Part shown: one piece after another, positions 58,096 through 64,000 of the stretch
How positions within the stretch are numbered: position 1 is the first letter of the stretch
Layout: each line of letters begins with the position of its first letter
NCBI GenBank assembly: GCA_000320545.1
Contig: ADNK01001927.1
Span: 1 to 64,000, forward strand
Source: Bigelowiella natans CCMP2755
Lineage: Eukaryota > Protista > Cercozoa
Length of the DNA stretch: 64,000 nt
Direction: 5' to 3'
Translations under genes and position numbers: made by a program
The notes under the pieces: model-generated
The model's input: only the letters and a program-made list of their open reading frames with translations
Database searches by the model: none
Told to the model about the DNA's origin: nothing

Positions 58096-59953
58096 ATGAT
58101 CTCAGGGATAACTCCCCATCGACAATTGAAACGAAGAATGGAGGGCCGCTTAAACTCCCCTCGCAAAGCCTCCCGTGTTACCTTCCATGCCCTTGTAGCA
58201 GTGGCGATAGTGGCATGTGTGGTGGTGACCATTTTGTCTGCTAACGAGAATCTTCAGGTCATACGAAAATATTGGCGTGTATGGCGAGCAATTGTAGATG
58301 ATGATGATAAAACAAAACACAGGCCCCCGCAGGAGGCTCGAGAACGGCACAAGGAATCCGATCCTTAAGATGCTTTTCTCATCATCCATCGTCCTCGCAG
58401 CTTCCAACTAGTACTACCATTCGAATCGCAGCAAACGTCGCATTGCCCCTCTTTCCTAATGTCACCAATGCTAGGTCGAAGAACAGCCATGATCCGTGGT
58501 ACGACGTCAGCTCTAATCGCATCTGGAGTCGCCTTGACGGGTCAACCATCAAATAGAGGATCAACAACCATAGCAAAGACTTTAGATTATGGGCAATAAC
58601 AACGTCATTACTCATAATCAGGTGGACAAAATGCTCAAGCTCGTAGGTCATCCCCACTCCCAGGGGAAGGAGGTCCCAAGAAAAGGTAACCACTAACTTA
58701 TTCGAAATCACACTCGTTCGTGCACACATGCACACGCACAGGATGCGATTCACGGGCAGAGACAAAGGCGCACACTTACACACGCGCGCGCGCACGCACG
58801 CACACACACACACACACACACACATCAAATCCAGAAAACCACAGTACAGCTATTATAATCTGTATATTCATGTCTATTATTCTGAATCATTTGTAATTGC
58901 TTCCATGATCACCTCGAATTTGGACAACATCATTTAAATTGCTTAGCCTTGCGCGAATGAAGATTCCAAGAGAAGATTATACCCCTGGACCCGAGGGATT
59001 GCTGTAATATCTTTGATCACAAAATAACCAAGAAGCATTTTACAAACGAATACTAATCGCTTATGTTCCAATGACGATTTTTTGACATTTTCCTCTTTAC
59101 ATATAAGGTACTTCGATATAGAGGAAGGAGGTGGTGGTGAGGCCAAAAAGGGGCAGAGGATTGCCATTCATTACAGGTAGAACGCTTTCCAAAAAATGCT
59201 TTGATTTGGTAACTTAGTAATATAGACGGCAGACATGATGATGATTGTAGATAGAAATGACCTATGACTGACAATGGTATCACTAATGATAGTTGAATAA
59301 ATCAAAACAGAACAGTGCGAATTAAAAAAACCTTGTAAACTTATTTTCCGGAAAGAATTTTAAATGCGATATGCATCCTCCTCCCCATCATATAGTTTAA
59401 AGTGGAGTGGAATTACTATTGCAACTTCGAGGCAAGGGGCAGGTGTTACTGGTGGTAACCCTTACGGATTTGACGTTGGAGAGAAGGTTTGTTTGCCAAT
59501 CAATCGAAGACACTATAAGAGATAGCAAAATCATCCCAACATACTTTATGACAGGTAGGTGATCCAGGCTCGGCTTTTATCAAAGGCCTTGATCTTGCTG
59601 TCCAAGGAATGAAGGTATGTGGCGATTATGAGGGGGAAAGTGTAACGAGAAGAACACGTGAAGGATGCTGGTACAAATGGTTTGGATGGTCATTTGAGGT
59701 CATTTTACACCATTTAAGGAAATTCATTTTTGCCAGGTTGGAGGCGTGAGGAGGGTTATCGTACCGCCAGAGCTTGCATATGGAAATAGGCAGGTAGGGA
59801 ACTTAAGTCATGTTTCAAGATTTGCATACCGAGAATGCATTTTTATCAAAGGTGCAAGAAATCTCTCCAAACAGCGAGGTTATGTTGGATATAGAACTTC
59901 TCAGCATAAAAACTACCGACGTCCTCGGATTAAATAGATCGGTCAAGTTGTAG
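58096..59953 (+). CDS. FKBP18: Thylakoid-lumen FKBP-type peptidyl-prolyl isomerase, FKBP18-like, with a bipartite-type targeting N-terminus
   Basis: YFDIEEGGGGEAKKGQRIAIHY|LKWSGITIATSRQGAGVTGGNPYGFDVG...IKGLDLAVQGMK|VGGVRRVIVPPELAYG|VQEISPNSEVMLDIELLSIK matches plant FKBP18 as I recall it. Hydrophobic signal ALVAVAIVACVVVTILSA. Confidence 0.85.
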
Positions 59954-60853
59954 ACGAATAATGTGCATCACAAGCAGCAGCAAAATTACAAGCCTGGAGA
60001 GCTTCATCAACGGATATTTATTCTTTTACACGGCAAGGGCCGCACGTTACAATCTTCGCAAAAACATTCTCCATCAAATCATATCGATTTATTGCTGGTC
60101 GTTCTGATTAACAGTGGACAACATATGAATACATGTGACATGGCTCGCTCGCAGCACACGCATGCAGCATGTGAGCGGTTTCGTCGTTGATTCTGATGTA
60201 TTTGCCGATATGCATTTGGATGTATAAATAAATTTCTGCGGTAGCCATCGATGCTTGCTGTACACGTATGTACTGGGCTGGATAATAGACACAGCAATAC
60301 ACTATATATATTTATATTATATATATTGTGTATTGCATGTCTATCATCTGGAAATATAGGGACATATATGTCCATATACGTGTCCATATAGAAAAAGTGA
60401 ATAAATCCATTCTTCCAGCAGTGCCGCGTCATCCTAAATCTCACATTACATACGTCACACTATGACGCATTGCGGCGCTAACACATGCAATGCGCCATGG
60501 CACGCGCGAGCACACTTTATATACAAATGCTTTGTTGTGCGTATCGCGGTGTATTCTAGGATATCTAGATATGGCAACGCGCTCCACTCGTCAGTTTGTG
60601 AGCAAAACAATTTCACAACAAAATATGCAAGCGAGAAGATACAGCCGATGCTAACGCGTGGCACAGCCAATATAAATCACGCAGTCCAAGCTCGAAACCT
60701 CATAACAATAAGTCTCTAGATTCTTCGCATAAGCAGATACTATGAGGCACAAACATCTTGAATATGCATGTACGCAGGGATGTCGAACCCCGGATATCTC
60801 GCTAGAAACCAGCTGACACAAGGCAACAAATTTCACAATATACTTTTCCCGTC

Positions 60854-60907
60854 GTTACTTGGTCATTTCTTACAGAAAGTGTTACTTGGTCATTTCTTAC
60901 AGAAAGT
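60854..60907 (+). repeat. Perfect 27-bp tandem duplication
   Basis: gttacttggtcatttcttacagaaagt occurs twice in tandem. Confidence 0.95.
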
Positions 60908-61061
60908 GCAATTTAGCCGAACACAAAGAATCTTAGTCCTCTCTGCTTAGATCGCCGAGGGCCATACTGCAAACCGAAATCATTATCAGACATTAAGATT
61001 GCCTCCTTTCAACATAAATTCCCTCTCAGAAAAAAAAATCAACTCTATTGATTAAGGACAG

Positions 61062-63448
61062 TTAGTTTCTAAATGAAACGTAGAATGGTTCAGCAAACAT
61101 TGAATTTCCGCTACGGACAGACAATTTTTTGTTCAAGTATTTCGAACCATCATTTCCGAGGAGTTCCTCACTGGTGATCGGTTCGTCCGGAGTAGTACTA
61201 ATTGCAACAGCTTCATCTGCTCCGCTGCTGATATCTTCTCCTTTGCCAAGGCTGCTCGAAGGGTTTGAAGGCATGTTTGATAGCGACTCCACTGCGTTAC
61301 TTTCCTGATCTAATATCGTGGCAGATGATGAAGCAGCCACCACAGGAGAGCTAGTTGCTGCTGCTCCTTCTCCTATCGGAGCGACCTCAGCTACTGAAAT
61401 TGAAGCCGTAGTAACAGCAGATGATGATGCTATCGATGATGGCACTAATGGTGTTGACGACAGATTTGCTGATTCTACAGGTGATGTTGCATCGTTGCTG
61501 TTCCCTGCTTGCTTCTTATCTCCTTTTCCTGACCAAAATACAAAATATAATGTCAATGTTGAGGTTATTCATTGAAATTCCTCAGGTATGTGCGAGTGGT
61601 AGTGTGATTTTCTTTCTGATGGATAGAGGAAGTAAAGGAGTCATAAAGATAACGTCACAAAATACCTTCGATATTTCCTGCTGCACGGTGGTTCTGCATG
61701 GCCCGATCACGAGTTCTCTTCATGGAGTTGTAATAGTTCTTCAGCGCATTATCTGTACGGCCTGGCATCATCTTGGCTATGAGTGTCCAACGGTTTCCAT
61801 GTTTTTTATGCAATACTGAAAATAGCTGTTTCTCTTCTGCAGTGAGAGGCCCCTTTCTAAGGCCAGGCATGAGGTGATTTGTCCATCTTTCTCGGCACTG
61901 TTTTCCTGTTCTTCCTGGCATTAACTTTGCTACGACTGACCAGGACTTTGAACCGTACGTTTCCACAAGCCTGGTTAACATCGCATTTTCTTCATCGCTC
62001 CATGTCATTTTTCTCCCGGGAACGCGAAAACCAGCGACAGGAACAACTTCATGTTTTCCACCCATACCTACAATGCGATTAATAATATGACTATAATTGT
62101 AAATGGTATGCAATAGTGAAAATTCATAAGCTGTGATAGAAGTAATAGGAGTATCTAGGCAAATATACTGTTGATATTTCTTTGAGTGAATGACCTCCCA
62201 TCATCCGCATTGGATCATTATTGAAAGGATATGAGCTCTGCTGCAGGAGCATTTGCTGATTTAGTTGGTGCTGCATCATCTCCTGCTGGCTGCCGTAGAA
62301 TTGAAGTTGCTGTTGTTGCTGCTGCTGCTGTTGATGCAGGTTATATAGAGGCGAATTCAGTAGGGAATATCGTGCCTGCATCATGCCTGGACTGCCATTC
62401 GAGAGACCAGAAGAATCTCGCAACTGCTGATGCTGCTGCTGTTGCTGTTGCAGAGCTTTCGCAGATTGAGCTTGCAAGGCCTTGTGTGGGTGATGCTGCT
62501 GCAGCTGGGAGGTGCCTATATTGCCTGGAGGAACTGGAAGTCCTTGACTCATTGAGAGAAGCAAATTTGTCATATCCCGAGTTTGAGGTGATAAGGCTTC
62601 GGTGAGCCCTCTGCCACCAACTCCAAATCCTGATGAGACCTGCTGCTGAAGCTGTTGTTGCTGCTTCATCTTTAGTTCTGTGTGGTATATCCAAAGATTC
62701 GTAACGACTCAGAGAAATAGAATCCTAACCACCCTTCCCCGTGCAGTCACTACTTCTATTATACACGTATATTTTAATCCACTTGTAATTTAGTATTAGT
62801 ACAGCAGGCCGTATGACACCGTCTGAGAGAAGCGGCTAAAATAAAGTTCTACTTAAATACCGTTTGCAGCGCTATTGAGGTTGGCTGCTGCATCCCCATT
62901 GTCAGGTGAGAGAGGCCATGAAAGCGTCCGCGGTACCATCAAATCTAATACATCCCCCAGTCTTTGTTTCTTTTCGGCAGAAAAACCTGATAAAAATGGG
63001 GGGCCGGAAGCAGCACCGGTAGATTTGCCCCAATCTTTCTGCTGCCCTAAACCTGTATATAGCACACAACATATTATTGAGCTCGCAGGGCCAAGGCCAC
63101 TTCCTCGTCCTCCTTGAAAGTGGCTGTTGTCAAGAACCTACCTGGTGCATCTTGAGCTGAGACTCTACCAGGAGGAACTTGAATACCTAGGTTGTACGCC
63201 ATATTCCTTCCAAAGCTGTCTCCCATAACTCCACCTCCTCCTCCTAAGTTCAATGGCATTTGATCGATGCCGCGCTTTCTGGTTAATATAATGGCTGGTT
63301 GGGATTTCATTCCGCCTTGCTGATCAAGTACGATAGCACGCTGATGAGTTCCCTGAGAAGGCGCCTGCATTCCTTGAAAATCTCCCCGCCTCTCCATTTC
63401 TGCAGCAGTATTAGAGGAATGCCACGACACCTTCTTCATAGGTTCCAA
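61062..63448 (-). CDS. R2R3-type MYB transcription factor with a Q-rich N-terminal region
   Basis: WSDEENAMLTRLVETYGSKSWSVVAKLMPGRTGKQCRERWTNHL and LTAEEKQLFSVLHKKHGNRWTLIAKMMPGRTDNALKNYYNS. Flanking exons are Q-rich and S-rich. 3' end approximate. Confidence 0.92.
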
Positions 63449-64000
63449 TGTACCCCCTGATAGAATATATGTGCGTAAGAGGCAACCCCCCCGTAGACTT
63501 GCTCACTACCTTCGATCAGGTTCGAATGCTGACGCTAGCCCCTTCAGTGTTGAAAAGGGGGCTACAACTTGTCCTTACCCCAACCTTCGGAAATTTTGGC
63601 TGTTCACCTAGCCTACGTCTCGCACTCTGCGTTGAGCGCTACTCGTATCTGCTTCGATTGAGCGGAGGCGTTACGAGTCTGTTTTCGCCTTCCTGTGTCG
63701 CTACTTCATACACGATATTGCGCGGAAACGGATTTTATGGATTTCGTCTTGCAACTCATTTATTTCCTGGAATTGAGTCCTGAGACAGGAAGCCGGTGTT
63801 TATTCAATGGATTTCTAACTACCCTGCCAGACGTTTCAATTTGCCGTTATCTCCGTTCCTGCGGTTCAACCGAATCCAGGATTTGTTTGGTTAAGAGATC
63901 GATTCGTGCTAAAACATGCCAAAATCCCCTGCATTCACATAATTATTATTTTCGTTGTCTCATCAATCATCTGGTACTATCAGCAATCCGATTCGAGATC

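Overview
Gene-dense, intron-rich eukaryotic nuclear DNA. Microsatellite-laden GT-AG introns, plastid-type proteins with signal-like N-termini and a Zn2Cys6 factor suggest a secondary-plastid alga, possibly a chlorarachniophyte (inference). About 14 protein-coding genes, mostly alternating in strand: a PDZ-containing protein, an intronless U-box/AIG1-like GTPase, a 2xSRCR membrane protein, a Cys-repeat multi-TM protein, an importin-beta family protein, a PAQR, an FN3 protein, gamma-glutamyl hydrolase, a Zn2Cys6 TF, a TPR protein, a mitochondrial carrier, a gammaproteobacterial-like TruB, a frameshifted intronless Mx-like dynamin, FKBP18 and an R2R3-MYB. The most striking signal is non-coding. 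Several intergenic tracts have lost almost every TpA dinucleotide, apparently by TA->TG/CA conversion that spares CTAG, while introns keep long (TA)n runs. The extreme case, 56517-57945, has only two TpA in about 1.43 kb, both in CTAG. A MITE at 22151-22567 carries internal evidence for the direction of change. This looks like a region-targeted, RIP-like A:T->G:C hypermutation process. Exon boundaries and dinucleotide counts were read by eye and are approximate.
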